The notes beneath the pieces were generated by a model. The model was given only the letters and a program-made list of their open reading frames with translations. It ran no database searches and was not told the origin of the DNA. The translations under genes and the position numbers were made by a program. A DNA stretch of 64,000 nucleotides. Origin: an uncultured delta proteobacterium (lineage in GTDB: Bacteria > Desulfobacterota > Binatia > Binatales > Binataceae). Location: the NCBI GenBank assembly GCA_963724765.1, contig CAVRVY010000001.1, forward strand, positions 1,248,001 to 1,312,000. Direction: 5' to 3'. How positions within the stretch are numbered: the first letter of the stretch is position 1; every line of letters starts with the position of its first letter. Below are positions 27,705 through 37,610 of this stretch, one piece after another.

Positions 27705-29081
27705 ATGGTTGAGCCGCGCGACGTCGTCGTGATCGGCGGCGGGTTCGCCGGGCTGAGTGCCGCCGTCGCGCTTGCCAACCGGGGCTTTCGCGTCGCCGTG
27801 CTCGAAAGCAAGCCGGCGCTGGGCGGCCGCGCTTACTCTTTCGCCGACGCCGAGACCGGTGATTTCGTCGACAACGGCCAGCACGTGCTGATGGGATGCT
27901 ACGCCGAGACGCTCAAATTTCTCGACCGTATCGGTCAAAGCGGCCAGTTGGTGTTTCATCCCAACCTCGCAATCGAGATGCTCGAGAGCGACGGGCGCGC
28001 CGGCGTCCTCAAAACTGCGCGCCTACCGGGCCCTCTGCACATGACCGCCGCGCTGATGCGCTACGAGTTGCTGACACCCCGCGAGCGGGTGAGCGCGATG
28101 GTGGCGGGGCTCAGGATGCTGCGGATGCGTCGCCACGACCGCGCACGCCTGGGCCAGGCGACCGTCAAGACGTTGATGGACTTGCTGGGGCAGGGCGAAC
28201 GGGCGCGGCAATGCCTGTGGTATCCACTGGCGATCGCGACGCTCAACGAGGATCCCGAACTCGCCTCGGCCGCGCTGCTGGCCGAAGTACTGAAGCGCGC
28301 GTTTTTCTCGCGCCGCTCTGATTCCGCCTTCGTCTACGCCAAGGTCGGGCTGAGCGACCTCTATTGCCCCGGCTCCGTGCGGGTGATCGAGGCGAGTGGC
28401 GGCCTGGCCGAGACCCGCGCCGTCGTCGAGGTGCTGGAGTTCGGCGCGGAGGGCAAAATCACGGGCGTGCGGTTGCGCGACGGACGCCGTTTGCAGGCCG
28501 CCAACTTTATCGCCGCGGTTCCGCCCGCGCAGCTTGCGCGCCTGCTGCCCGAAGGGGCGGCCGCAGATCCGTTTTTCGCGCACCTGGGTGAGATCACTTC
28601 GTCGCCGATCATCTGCGTCCATGCCTGGTTCGATCGTGAAATCACCGCCGCGCCCTTCGTTGGCTTCGTGGGCACCACCACGCAATGGCTCTTCAACAAG
28701 CGCCGCATATTTTCCGACCATGGCGAACGCGCCAACGGCTATTTGAGTTTCGTTATCAGCGGCGCGCGCAAGCTGGTTGACACCAGCAACGAAGCCCTGC
28801 TTGACCTGGTCACCGGCGATTTGAATGCGATGATTCCGGGCTCCCGCGACGCCCATCTGCTCAAGGCGTTGGTGCTCAAGGAGAAACAGGCCACGATGGC
28901 GCCGTCGCCCGAGTGCGATCGCCTGCGGCCGAGCCTGGCGACGCCGATCTCGAATTTTTTTCTCGCCGGCGACTGGATTCAGACCGGCCTGCCGGCGACG
29001 ATCGAGAGCGCCGTCGCGTCGGGGCATGCCGCGGCTGCCGCCGTTGCCGCGCGCGTTGGCGATCCGGTGCGTCCGGCCTGA
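27705..29081 (+). CDS. hpnE: hydroxysqualene dehydroxylase (FAD-dependent)
   Basis: GGGFAGLSAA, GGRAYSF, DNGQHVLMGCY, LAGDWIQTGLPATIESAVASG. Confidence 0.93.
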   Translation: MVEPRDVVVIGGGFAGLSAAVALANRGFRVAVLESKPALGGRAYSFADAETGDFVDNGQHVLMGCYAETLKFLDRIGQSGQLVFHPNLAIEMLESDGRAGVLKTARLPGPLHMTAALMRYELLTPRERVSAMVAGLRMLRMRRHDRARLGQATVKTLMDLLGQGERARQCLWYPLAIATLNEDPELASAALLAEVLKRAFFSRRSDSAFVYAKVGLSDLYCPGSVRVIEASGGLAETRAVVEVLEFGAEGKITGVRLRDGRRLQAANFIAAVPPAQLARLLPEGAAADPFFAHLGEITSSPIICVHAWFDREITAAPFVGFVGTTTQWLFNKRRIFSDHGERANGYLSFVISGARKLVDTSNEALLDLVTGDLNAMIPGSRDAHLLKALVLKEKQATMAPSPECDRLRPSLATPISNFFLAGDWIQTGLPATIESAVASGHAAAAAVAARVGDPVRPA

Positions 29082-29088
29082 GGCGCTT

Positions 29089-30120
29089 ATGGCTTCGCGA
29101 ATCGCAATGGTTACGGGCGCCAACGGCTTCGTAGGATGCTACGTGGTGCGGGCATTGCTCGCGCGTGGGACCGCGGTGCGCGCGCTGGTGCGCAAGGGCG
29201 CCGATTTGCGCGCGCTTGAAGGTTTGCCGTGCGAGTTTGCCTGGGGCGACCTGCGCGATGCCGCCGCGGTGGAGCAGGCGATGCGCGGATGCGACGAGGT
29301 GTACCACGTCGCCGCGGATTACCGGCTATGGGTGCTCGACGCCGCGCCGATGTACGCCGCCAACGTCGAGGGCACTCGCAACGTCCTGGCCGCGGCGCAT
29401 CGCGCCAACGTCCGTCGCGTGGTCCATACCAGCACGGTCGGCGCAATCGGCATCCCGCACGGCGAATCCGGGCGCGAGGACTCGCCGGTTTCGCTCGACG
29501 ACATGGTGGGACCTTACAAACGATCGAAATTTCTCGCCGAGCAGGAGGCGCTCAAGGCGGCGCGTGAGGGGGTGCCAGTCGTGATCGTCAATCCGTCCAC
29601 GCCGATCGGCCCCAACGATTACAAGCCGACGCCGACCGGACGCATAATCGTCGATTTCCTGAATCGCCGGATGCCGGCCTTTATGGACACCGGGCTCAAC
29701 CTGGTCGACGTCGAAGACGCGGCCGCCGGCCATCTGCTGGCCGCCGAGCGCGGCGTAGTCGGCGAGAAATATATCCTGGGCGGCGAAAACCTAACGCTGG
29801 AGCAGATGCTGGGCCGCCTGGCGAAGCTGTCCGGTCTGAGCGCGCCCAGGATTCGCGTGCCGTACGCGGTTGCGTGGACCTTCGCGCTCGGCGCCGAGGC
29901 GGTCGCGCGCACGATTACCCGGCGCGCGCCGCGTGCGAGCCTGACCGAGGTTCGGATGGCGCGTAAGGTGATGTTCTTCGATTCCACCAAGGCGCGCACG
30001 GCGCTGGGATATGCTCCGCGGCCGATCGACGACGCGCTTGCGCGCGCGATCGAGTTCTTCCATTCAATCGGCGCAGTGCACGAAGCTTCGCGCGGCCGTC
30101 AGCGCCGGCGTCCGGCCTGA
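29089..30120 (+). CDS. hpnA: hopanoid-associated NAD-dependent epimerase/dehydratase
   Basis: VTGANGFVG, HVAADYRLW, YKRSK, VNPSTPIGP.D.KPTPTG. Confidence 0.9.
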   Translation: MASRIAMVTGANGFVGCYVVRALLARGTAVRALVRKGADLRALEGLPCEFAWGDLRDAAAVEQAMRGCDEVYHVAADYRLWVLDAAPMYAANVEGTRNVLAAAHRANVRRVVHTSTVGAIGIPHGESGREDSPVSLDDMVGPYKRSKFLAEQEALKAAREGVPVVIVNPSTPIGPNDYKPTPTGRIIVDFLNRRMPAFMDTGLNLVDVEDAAAGHLLAAERGVVGEKYILGGENLTLEQMLGRLAKLSGLSAPRIRVPYAVAWTFALGAEAVARTITRRAPRASLTEVRMARKVMFFDSTKARTALGYAPRPIDDALARAIEFFHSIGAVHEASRGRQRRRPA

Positions 30121-30138
30121 TTGGAACCGGAGCCGGCG

Positions 30139-31038
30139 ATGCATCTGCTGCTTTCGACCATTACCCTGCGGCCGTATGTGTTCGTGTTCCTGGGATGTTA
30201 CCTGGCGATCGCGATCGTCAACTTCGGCTTGCGCACTACGGTCCTGTTCACGGTGCTGACGTACACGGTGGCGTGGGCCTGCGAATGGAGTTCGGTGCAC
30301 AACGGGTTTCCGTTCGGGCTCTACCATTACATTCCGGCGACGCGCGGCCGTGAGATCTGGGTCGCCGGCGTGCCGTTCATGGACTCGATCTCGTTCACCT
30401 TTCTCTCCTTTGCGAGCTACACGGTCGCGCTGCTGCTGAGCGCGCCGCTTTACCGGCGCGGGGTTGACCTGCGCACGCTCGACACCTGGGAGGTCAGGCG
30501 TTCGCCGCGAGTGTGGCTGATGGCGGCGCTGTTCATGGTGATGATCGACATGGTGGCCGACCCGGTGAGCGTGCTCGGCGAACGCTGGTTTCTCGGCAGG
30601 ATTTTCTGGTACGACCCGCCGGGGCCGCATTTCGGCGTACCGATCAGCAACTACCTCGGATGGTTTTTCGTCGCGGCGGTGAGCGTGGCGATTTTCCAAT
30701 GGCTGGACCGCCGGCTCAATCACGGCGGGAGCAAACCGCTGGGCGCGGTGCCGGCGGCGCCGTCGCGCGCGCTTTGGGGACCGGGGCTGTATGCCGGAAT
30801 CGTCGGGTTCACAATCGTAATGTTGTTTCGTGTCGGCGCGCCTGAAATTGCCTGGGCCGGAATTTTTATCTTCCTCCCGATGCTGGCGCTGGGGCTCCAT
30901 ATCGTGACTCGCGCCGAGTGCTGGGGCGACGCCGGCGCCGTGGAGCGCCATCTGGCGGACTTCCCCTACGAGCGATCGCTTGCGGTGTGGAGCGCGGCCG
31001 CGCCGCGGCCTTCGGCTGGACGCCGGGGGGCTGCGTAA
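30139..31038 (+). CDS. CruF/DUF422-like membrane protein ('carotenoid biosynthesis protein')
   Basis: E...V.NGFPFGLYHY, GVP, D...DP, HFGVPISNYLGWF pattern; multiple TM helices. Confidence 0.8.
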   Translation: MHLLLSTITLRPYVFVFLGCYLAIAIVNFGLRTTVLFTVLTYTVAWACEWSSVHNGFPFGLYHYIPATRGREIWVAGVPFMDSISFTFLSFASYTVALLLSAPLYRRGVDLRTLDTWEVRRSPRVWLMAALFMVMIDMVADPVSVLGERWFLGRIFWYDPPGPHFGVPISNYLGWFFVAAVSVAIFQWLDRRLNHGGSKPLGAVPAAPSRALWGPGLYAGIVGFTIVMLFRVGAPEIAWAGIFIFLPMLALGLHIVTRAECWGDAGAVERHLADFPYERSLAVWSAAAPRPSAGRRGAA

Positions 31039-31050
31039 CTCCGCAATCCC

Positions 31051-31803
31051 TCACGCGCCGGGATGGCTCAGCGCCTCGAGCGCGGCAGCCAGCGCCGCCG
31101 TCGCGCGATTGAGGCTCCGCATCATGCGCGCCAGCCCGATCACCGCCGCGGGGTTGCGCAGCACGAAGCTCGCGGCCGCCAGCGGCCGCACTTCGCCGTC
31201 GGGCCCCGCCAACTCCGCGCCCACGATTTCCTCGTCAACGGTGTCGAGCACCGCGCGCACGCAGGCGAAGCGCAATCCGCGTCGATGCGCCTCGGCGGCG
31301 ACGGCGGCGCTTTCCATGTCGACCGCGCGCGCGCCGGTTCTGCGCCGGGCGTCGCGCTTGGCGGCGCCGTCCTTGAGAATCCGCGCCGCGGTCAGGATCG
31401 TTCCGGTTGTGAACGCGAGCCGATGCGCCTCCAGCGCGGCCGTGAAGCAGGCGAGGTGGGCGGGAGGGATCGCGATCGTCGCCGGCGGGGGATCGGAACG
31501 CTCTCCGTCGAGGATCAGGCGATCGGCGAGCACCAGGTCGCCGGGTTTAAGCTCCTCGCTGAGTGCTCCCGCAAGACCGGCCGCAATTATGAGGTCCGCC
31601 GAGAGATCTTCCGACGCGAACGCGCGGCGCGCCACGTCGGCAGCCCGGTGGATTCCGAGCCCCGTGGCGATACCGATGATTTCCGTGGCGCCTAGCCGGG
31701 CGCGAAATCCTCGCAGCCCGTCGATTCCGAGCGCCGTGCGGTCCGCAAGGCGGCGCTTGAAAGCGGCCGCTTCGCGCGCGAATGCGTAAAAGATAAGAAT
31801 CAC
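31051..31803 (-). CDS. hpnG: adenosylhopane nucleosidase (PNP/MTA family)
   Basis: TGLG, AGLAGAL...PGDLV, AVDMESAAVA, VRAVLD; hopanoid gene context. Confidence 0.82.
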   Translation of the reverse strand: MILIFYAFAREAAAFKRRLADRTALGIDGLRGFRARLGATEIIGIATGLGIHRAADVARRAFASEDLSADLIIAAGLAGALSEELKPGDLVLADRLILDGERSDPPPATIAIPPAHLACFTAALEAHRLAFTTGTILTAARILKDGAAKRDARRRTGARAVDMESAAVAAEAHRRGLRFACVRAVLDTVDEEIVGAELAGPDGEVRPLAAASFVLRNPAAVIGLARMMRSLNRATAALAAALEALSHPGA

Positions 31804-31916
31804 CGGGGTTTCAGCTTGAGCCGCGTCGCGCTTACCAGCAAAATTGCGCCAGTGGGGGCGCGCGTCAACAGGATTGTGACACAAGCGCGGCGGGTTGTGC
31901 GCGCGCGACCGCGTCG

Positions 31917-32807
31917 ATGACGGAAGCGAAGTCCGTCATCTTCACCGCCGACGATTTTGGCGCTTCCGCCGAAGTCAACGCCGGTATCCTGCGGGCTCAT
32001 CGGCAGGGCGTGCTGCGCGGGACGAGCCTGATGGTGGCGGCACCGGCGCGCGACGCGGCGGCTGCGTCGGCGCGCGAATGCCCGGGCCTTGATGTCGGCC
32101 TTCATCTCGTGGTGTGCAAGGGACAAAGCGTGTTGCCGCCCGCGCGGCTGGGCGGCTTGGTCGACAGCGCCGGCAGCTTCGTCGAAAACCCGGTCAGGGG
32201 CGGGATGCGCTATTTTTTCAACCGCGGCCTGCGCACTAAAATCGCGGATGAATGCCGCGCGCAGATCGAGCTTCATCTGAAGCTGGTCGGCTATCTCAAC
32301 CACATCGATGGCCACTTGAACTTCCACGTCCATCCGGTGATCAACGACATCCTGCTCGACCTGGCCTCGGAGTACCACGTGCCGTGTATCCGGCTGCCGC
32401 GCGAGTCGGTGTTCACGACCCTGGCGCTGGCGCGCGACCACGCGCCGCGCAAACTGGTCGAGGCGGTTATCTTCCGGGGACTCTCGAAGCGGGCGCGGCG
32501 AAAAATGACCGAACGCGGAATCAAATCCACCGATTGGCTCTTCGGGCTGCATCAGAGCGGCAACTTGAGCGAGCACTACCTGCTCGACGTGATCGCGCGT
32601 CTACGCCCCGGCCTGACCGAAATTTATACCCATCCGGCGGCCGATATCGGCGGCACTCCACCTTGCGCGGCGGCGCAGCGCGAAGTCGAAATCCTGACCA
32701 GCCCGCTGCTACCGATCGCGCTCACAGCCGCCGGCGTGCGCCTGACGAATTTCGCCGAACTCGCCGGCGCTGACGGCCGCGAGGCGGTGCCCCGCGACGT
32801 TCCTTGA
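31917..32807 (+). CDS. hpnK: YdjC/ChbG-family deacetylase HpnK
   Basis: TADDFG, TSLMV, VGLHL, HIDGHLNFHVHP, LFGLHQSG, EIYTHPA. Confidence 0.85.
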   Translation: MTEAKSVIFTADDFGASAEVNAGILRAHRQGVLRGTSLMVAAPARDAAAASARECPGLDVGLHLVVCKGQSVLPPARLGGLVDSAGSFVENPVRGGMRYFFNRGLRTKIADECRAQIELHLKLVGYLNHIDGHLNFHVHPVINDILLDLASEYHVPCIRLPRESVFTTLALARDHAPRKLVEAVIFRGLSKRARRKMTERGIKSTDWLFGLHQSGNLSEHYLLDVIARLRPGLTEIYTHPAADIGGTPPCAAAQREVEILTSPLLPIALTAAGVRLTNFAELAGADGREAVPRDVP

Positions 32808-32962
32808 ATAGAGCGCTCGCGGTGCGGCAGATCGCCGTCGTCCGGCGCGCGCACGCGATTGGCCGCTGACGCGCCGCGCGGTACTCTATGTCGAATGCGG
32901 CCGCGGCGGCTGAGCCTCGGCTCGCCAAGCGGACAACCTCAAACGTCAGGAAGGCTACAGCA

Positions 32963-35548
32963 ATGACAGACCAGGAGGGCGCTCCGCTCGGCGCCGACAA
33001 GGCATCCGATCACAGGCTTCCGTCCAACGTAGTGCCAGAGCGCTACGAAATAAGCCTTACCCCGGATCTTCGCGCGTTCACGTTCGCGGGCGAGGAGAAC
33101 GTGGCGGTACGGGTCATCACCGCGACAGCCGAAGTGGTGCTCAACGCACTCGAGCTGGAGATAGATCGGGTCAGCGCCGAGCGCGGAACTTTCGCCGTCG
33201 CCGGCAAGGTCACGCTGGAGCCCGCACACGAGCGTGCCCGCTTAAGCTTCGCGAGCCCGCTGGAGCCTGGCGAATGGACACTGCGCATCGCCTTTCGCGG
33301 CGTCCTCAACGACAAGCTGCACGGCTTCTATCGCAGCACCTACAAGGACGCCAAGGGCGACACCCATCTGGTCGCCAGCACGCAATTCGAGGCGACCGAT
33401 GCGCGCCGCGCGATCCCCTGTTGGGACGAGCCGGCGCTCAAGGCGCGCTTCAAAGCGCGGCTGGTGATCGATGAAGGCCTGAGCGCCTTTTCCAACGCCG
33501 GGATCGAAAGCGAGCGCAGCCTCGGCGGCGGCAAAAAGGAGATCGTCTTCAAGGAGACGATCAAGATGTCGACCTACCTGCTCGCCTTCATCGTCGGCGA
33601 ATTCGAGGCGACCGGCCCGACCGACGCGGGGACTCCGCTGCGGGTCGCGCACGTGCCGGGCAAGCGGGCGTTGACCGCATGGGCGCGCGAGATCGGCGCG
33701 TTTTCGCTCAAGTGGTTCGCCAACTATTATGAATTGCCCTATCCGGGCGACAAGCTCGATCTGATCGCGATCCCCGACTTCGCTTCGGGTGCGATGGAGA
33801 ACCTGGGCGCGATCACGTTTCGCGAAACCGCGTTGCTGATCGATGAAAAGAGCGCGTCGCGCGCCGAACTCGAGCGCGTGGCCGACGTCGTCGCGCATGA
33901 GAACGCGCACATGTGGTTCGGCGACCTGGTCACGATGAAGTGGTGGAACGGCATCTGGCTCAACGAGGCGTTCGCCACCTTCATGGAGATGCTCGCGGTC
34001 GACGCGTGGAAGCCGAACTGGAAACGCTGGGAGAGCTTCTCGGTCTCGCGCACGGCAGCGATGGCGATCGACGCGCTGAGCAGCACGCGGCCGATCGAGT
34101 TCACCGTGCTGAGCCCCGAGGACGCGCGGGCGATGTTCGACGTGCTGACTTACGAGAAGGGCGCTTCGGTGCTCAGGATGCTCGAGCAGTACCTTGGTGC
34201 GGAGCGCTTCCGCAAGGGCATCGCCGCGTACCTGCGCAAGCATCAGTACGCCAACGCCGAGACCGGCGACCTGTGGGACGCGCTGGAGCGGGCTTCCGAC
34301 GAGCCGGTGCGCAAGTTGATGGACTCGTGGATTTTCCAGCCTGGCTTTCCGATCGTCGAAGCCGCTCTGGGAGCCGACGGACGCTCGCTGGTGGTGCGCC
34401 AGCGGCGCTTTTTCTATCTCGGCAAAGACGCCACCGCTGCCGGGCACGATCAGCTCTGGCAGGTGCCGGTGATGGTGCGGGCGAAAACCGAAAGTGGCGT
34501 CGCGACCCATCGGCTGCTGCTCGGCGGCCGCGAGGCGACGCTCGATCTGGGCGGGCGCGTGGAATGGGCGCTGCTCAATGAAAGCGGTCACGGGTTTTTC
34601 CGCGTGCGCTACGCGGCCGATCTGCTCGCGGCGCTGAGCCGCAATCTGAGCGAACTCAAGGCTGTCGAGCGCTACGCCCTGGTGAGCGATTCGTGGGCCG
34701 CGACGGTCGCCGGGATGATGCCGCTTAAGGAATTCCTTGCGATGCTGCGCGCGATGCGCGGCGAGACCGACCTCAACGTCTGGCGTGCGATGCTCTCGCC
34801 GTTAGGCTATCTCGACATGATCGTCAACGAGGCCGAGCGTCCCGCGCTGGCCGCGGCGGCGCGTGAGATTATCGGCGAGGCAGCAGCGCGCCTGGGATGG
34901 GATCCGCGTCCGGGTGAAGACGAGCTGATGCGCCAGTTGCGCGGCACGCTATGGGGCTCGCTGGGGACACTCGGCGGCGATCCCGAAGTGCAGCGGCATG
35001 CGGCAGAAATCTACGCGCGCTATCTCAAGGATCCGGCGTCGGTCGACCGCGACCTGGTGCCGCCAATGATTGGAATCCTCGCCTACGCCGGCGATCGTGC
35101 GCGCTACGAAGAATTCAAGCAACACTTTAAGTCGGCGCGGACCCCGCAAGAGGAGCAGCGCTACCTGTTTTCGCTCGCGAGCTTTCGTCGCCCCGAGCTC
35201 TTACGCGCGACGATGGAGATGACGCTCAGCGGCGAAGTGCGCACTCAAAACGCGCCCTACCTGATGCATTCGTTGCTGCTCAACACCACCTGCCGCTACG
35301 AGGCGTGGGACTTCGTGAAGAAGCACTGGGAAGAGATGATCCGCAAATTCCCGGATGCCGCGCTGCCCCGGATGTGCGAAGCGGTGGTCGGACTTCTCGA
35401 GCGCGAGGCTGAGGTGCACGAATTTTTCCAGGCCCATCGGGTGAGGCTCGGCGGCAAGATAATCGACCAGCATCTCGAGCGGCTGCGCGTGGCGGTGGCG
35501 TTTCGCAAGCGCGAGGGTGCGAATCTGGCCGCCGCACTCAGGGGCTAA
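32963..35548 (+). CDS. pepN: M1-family aminopeptidase with ERAP1-like C-terminal domain
   Basis: GAMENLG, HENAH...NEAFA (HExxH-x18-E), YEKG. Confidence 0.93.
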   Translation: MTDQEGAPLGADKASDHRLPSNVVPERYEISLTPDLRAFTFAGEENVAVRVITATAEVVLNALELEIDRVSAERGTFAVAGKVTLEPAHERARLSFASPLEPGEWTLRIAFRGVLNDKLHGFYRSTYKDAKGDTHLVASTQFEATDARRAIPCWDEPALKARFKARLVIDEGLSAFSNAGIESERSLGGGKKEIVFKETIKMSTYLLAFIVGEFEATGPTDAGTPLRVAHVPGKRALTAWAREIGAFSLKWFANYYELPYPGDKLDLIAIPDFASGAMENLGAITFRETALLIDEKSASRAELERVADVVAHENAHMWFGDLVTMKWWNGIWLNEAFATFMEMLAVDAWKPNWKRWESFSVSRTAAMAIDALSSTRPIEFTVLSPEDARAMFDVLTYEKGASVLRMLEQYLGAERFRKGIAAYLRKHQYANAETGDLWDALERASDEPVRKLMDSWIFQPGFPIVEAALGADGRSLVVRQRRFFYLGKDATAAGHDQLWQVPVMVRAKTESGVATHRLLLGGREATLDLGGRVEWALLNESGHGFFRVRYAADLLAALSRNLSELKAVERYALVSDSWAATVAGMMPLKEFLAMLRAMRGETDLNVWRAMLSPLGYLDMIVNEAERPALAAAAREIIGEAAARLGWDPRPGEDELMRQLRGTLWGSLGTLGGDPEVQRHAAEIYARYLKDPASVDRDLVPPMIGILAYAGDRARYEEFKQHFKSARTPQEEQRYLFSLASFRRPELLRATMEMTLSGEVRTQNAPYLMHSLLLNTTCRYEAWDFVKKHWEEMIRKFPDAALPRMCEAVVGLLEREAEVHEFFQAHRVRLGGKIIDQHLERLRVAVAFRKREGANLAAALRG

Positions 35549-35583
35549 GGTTAAGAACTGCAAATCGACGCATGAAAGATGCG

Positions 35584-35622
35584 AACGGCGCCCGTCCCTA
35601 TGGCCGAGCGCCGTTTTTGTTT
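35584..35622 (+). terminator. putative intrinsic terminator between the convergent pepN and aldo/keto reductase genes
   Basis: AACGGCGC...GCGCCGTT stem followed by TTTGTTT. Confidence 0.6.
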
Positions 35623-35664
35623 GAGACTCAGCGCCGGGGCGCGCTGTGCGCCTGATTTAACGTT

Positions 35665-36672
35665 CTACTTTAGCATTTTGGCGGGCTTGGGCGGTTCGAA
35701 GCCGAGCACCGGATGGGGCTGATAAGGCTGTTCGAGCGCCGCGACCTCTTCCCTGGTCAGCTTGATGTCGACCGACGCGAGAAGCTCTTTGACGTGATTA
35801 AGCTTGGTCGCGCCGATGATCGGAGCGGTGACGCCGGCCGCCTGCACAATCCAGGCGCACGCGATCTGCGCCGGCGTGAGGCCGCGCTCGCGCGCGATTG
35901 CGGCCGCCGCGTCGGCGACCGCGAAGTCTGATTCGCGAAAGTACATCCCGCGCGCGATGTCGTCAGTTTTGGCGCGCAGCGTCTCGCCCGTTCCGCCCGA
36001 GCGGCGATTGCCGGCGAGAAAGCCGCGTGCGAGCGGGCTCCACGGGATAACGCCGACGCCCTGGTCGATGCAGAGCGGAATCATCTCGCGCTCTTCCTCG
36101 CGATAGACCAGGTTGTAGTGGTTCTGCATCGAGACGAAGCGATGCCATCCGCGCTCGCCCGCGGTATAGAGCGCCTTGCTGAACTGCCACGCCGCCATGC
36201 TGCTGGCGCCGAGGTAGCGCACCTTGCCCGCGCGCACCAGCGAGTCGAGCGCCTCGAGAGTTTCCTCGATCGGAGTTCTGAAGTCCCATCGATGGATCTG
36301 GTAGAGGTCGATGAAGTCGGTTTTGAGCCGGCGCAGCGAGGCGTCGCAGGCCTCCAGGATGTGTTTGCGGCTGAGCCCGCGGCGGTTGGGGCCCGAACCC
36401 ATCGGGCCGTTGACCTTGGTTGCGAGCACGATCTCGTCGCGCGCAGCCAGCTCCCCCAGCCAGCGCCCGGTTATCTCCTCGCTCACGCCGGTCGAGTAGA
36501 CGTCGGCGGTGTCGAAGAAGTTGACTCCGGCCTCAAGCGCGGCGGCGAAGTGCTCGCGCGCCTCGTCGCCCGAGATGACCCATTCGCGCCATCGCTTATC
36601 GCCATAACTCATGCATCCCAGGCAGATGCGCGAGACGTTAAGACCCGTATCGCCCAGCTTAATGTATTCCAT
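35665..36672 (-). CDS. aldo/keto reductase
   Basis: LGCMSYG, FFDTADVY, LATKV, IDLYQIHRWD, IPWSPLARG. Confidence 0.93.
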   Translation of the reverse strand: MEYIKLGDTGLNVSRICLGCMSYGDKRWREWVISGDEAREHFAAALEAGVNFFDTADVYSTGVSEEITGRWLGELAARDEIVLATKVNGPMGSGPNRRGLSRKHILEACDASLRRLKTDFIDLYQIHRWDFRTPIEETLEALDSLVRAGKVRYLGASSMAAWQFSKALYTAGERGWHRFVSMQNHYNLVYREEEREMIPLCIDQGVGVIPWSPLARGFLAGNRRSGGTGETLRAKTDDIARGMYFRESDFAVADAAAAIARERGLTPAQIACAWIVQAAGVTAPIIGATKLNHVKELLASVDIKLTREEVAALEQPYQPHPVLGFEPPKPAKMLK

Positions 36673-36717
36673 TTTGGTCTAGTAACCCGCTCGGGCGCGG
36701 CGCGCAAGCGGGCGCCG

Positions 36718-37512
36718 CTACTCGCCCTTGAATTTCGGCGGGCGCTTTTCGAGAAATGACGCGATGCCCTCGGAGCCGTCGGCGGTACGCCCCATGTCGG
36801 CGATCCACTCCGTCTCCAACTCCATCTGATCTTCGAGCGTCCTGGTCGCGCTCTCGGCGAACAGGCGCTTCACTCCCAGGTAGGCGCGCGTCGGGCCCTG
36901 CGCGAAGCCCTTCGCCAGCCCCTCCGCGGTCGCCATCACTTCGCCGTCAGCCACCACGCGGGTCACGATTCCCATTTCGTAAGCCTCGCGCGCCGAGAGC
37001 ACACGGTTGGTGAGCGTCAGGTCCATCGCACGCCTGAGGCCCACGATTCGCGGCAGGAAGTGGGTTGATGATCCGTCGGGCGTGAGTCCCGCCCGCGTGT
37101 ACGCCATCGTGAACCGCGCCGACTCGGCTGCGACTACGATGTCGCCCGCACACGCGAGACTCATCCCGGCGCCGCCCGCGGCCCCATGGATCGCGAGCAC
37201 CACCGGCGCCTTCATCCGGTTGAAGCGCGAAATCGCCTTGTGCAGATGAAAGGTGACCTTCTTTAAGTAGGTGGGCAGCATCTCTTTGGGCTGCGCGGCG
37301 AAGCTCTTGAGGTCGCCACCCGCGCAGAAGATTTTGCCCGCCGCGTTGACCAGCACCGCGCGAACGCTGGGGTCTTCCTCGCAGCACAGCGACACTTCCA
37401 TCAGGTCGTGCGCGAGTTCGGCGTTGAGCGCGTTGGCGGCCTCGGGCCGGTTGAGCGTGATGTAGGCGACGTTGTTGCGCACGTCGAAGAGCAGCGTCGA
37501 GTAGTCGGCCAT
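36718..37512 (-). CDS. enoyl-CoA hydratase/isomerase family protein
   Basis: ITLNRPEAANAL, FCAGGDL, GAAGGAG, GLTPDG, FLEKRPPKF. Confidence 0.92.
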   Translation of the reverse strand: MADYSTLLFDVRNNVAYITLNRPEAANALNAELAHDLMEVSLCCEEDPSVRAVLVNAAGKIFCAGGDLKSFAAQPKEMLPTYLKKVTFHLHKAISRFNRMKAPVVLAIHGAAGGAGMSLACAGDIVVAAESARFTMAYTRAGLTPDGSSTHFLPRIVGLRRAMDLTLTNRVLSAREAYEMGIVTRVVADGEVMATAEGLAKGFAQGPTRAYLGVKRLFAESATRTLEDQMELETEWIADMGRTADGSEGIASFLEKRPPKFKGE

Positions 37513-37610
37513 GGTGTCCTCCGGGTCTGTCGTGAACTTTGCACAAGCTTGCGCGAATCCTGTGCGCAATTAGATCAACCACGCTGCCTTCGCGCAACCG
37601 GGCGCGCCTG

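Noticed and set aside
24547-29123. Long minus-strand ORFs over dxr, hpnC and hpnE (459, 394 and 366 aa), and similar ones at 33242-34591, 41215-42522, 43265-44518, 56887-58404 and 60423-61823
   Set aside because: Typical high-GC antisense shadows of well-supported genes, with no recognisable domains.
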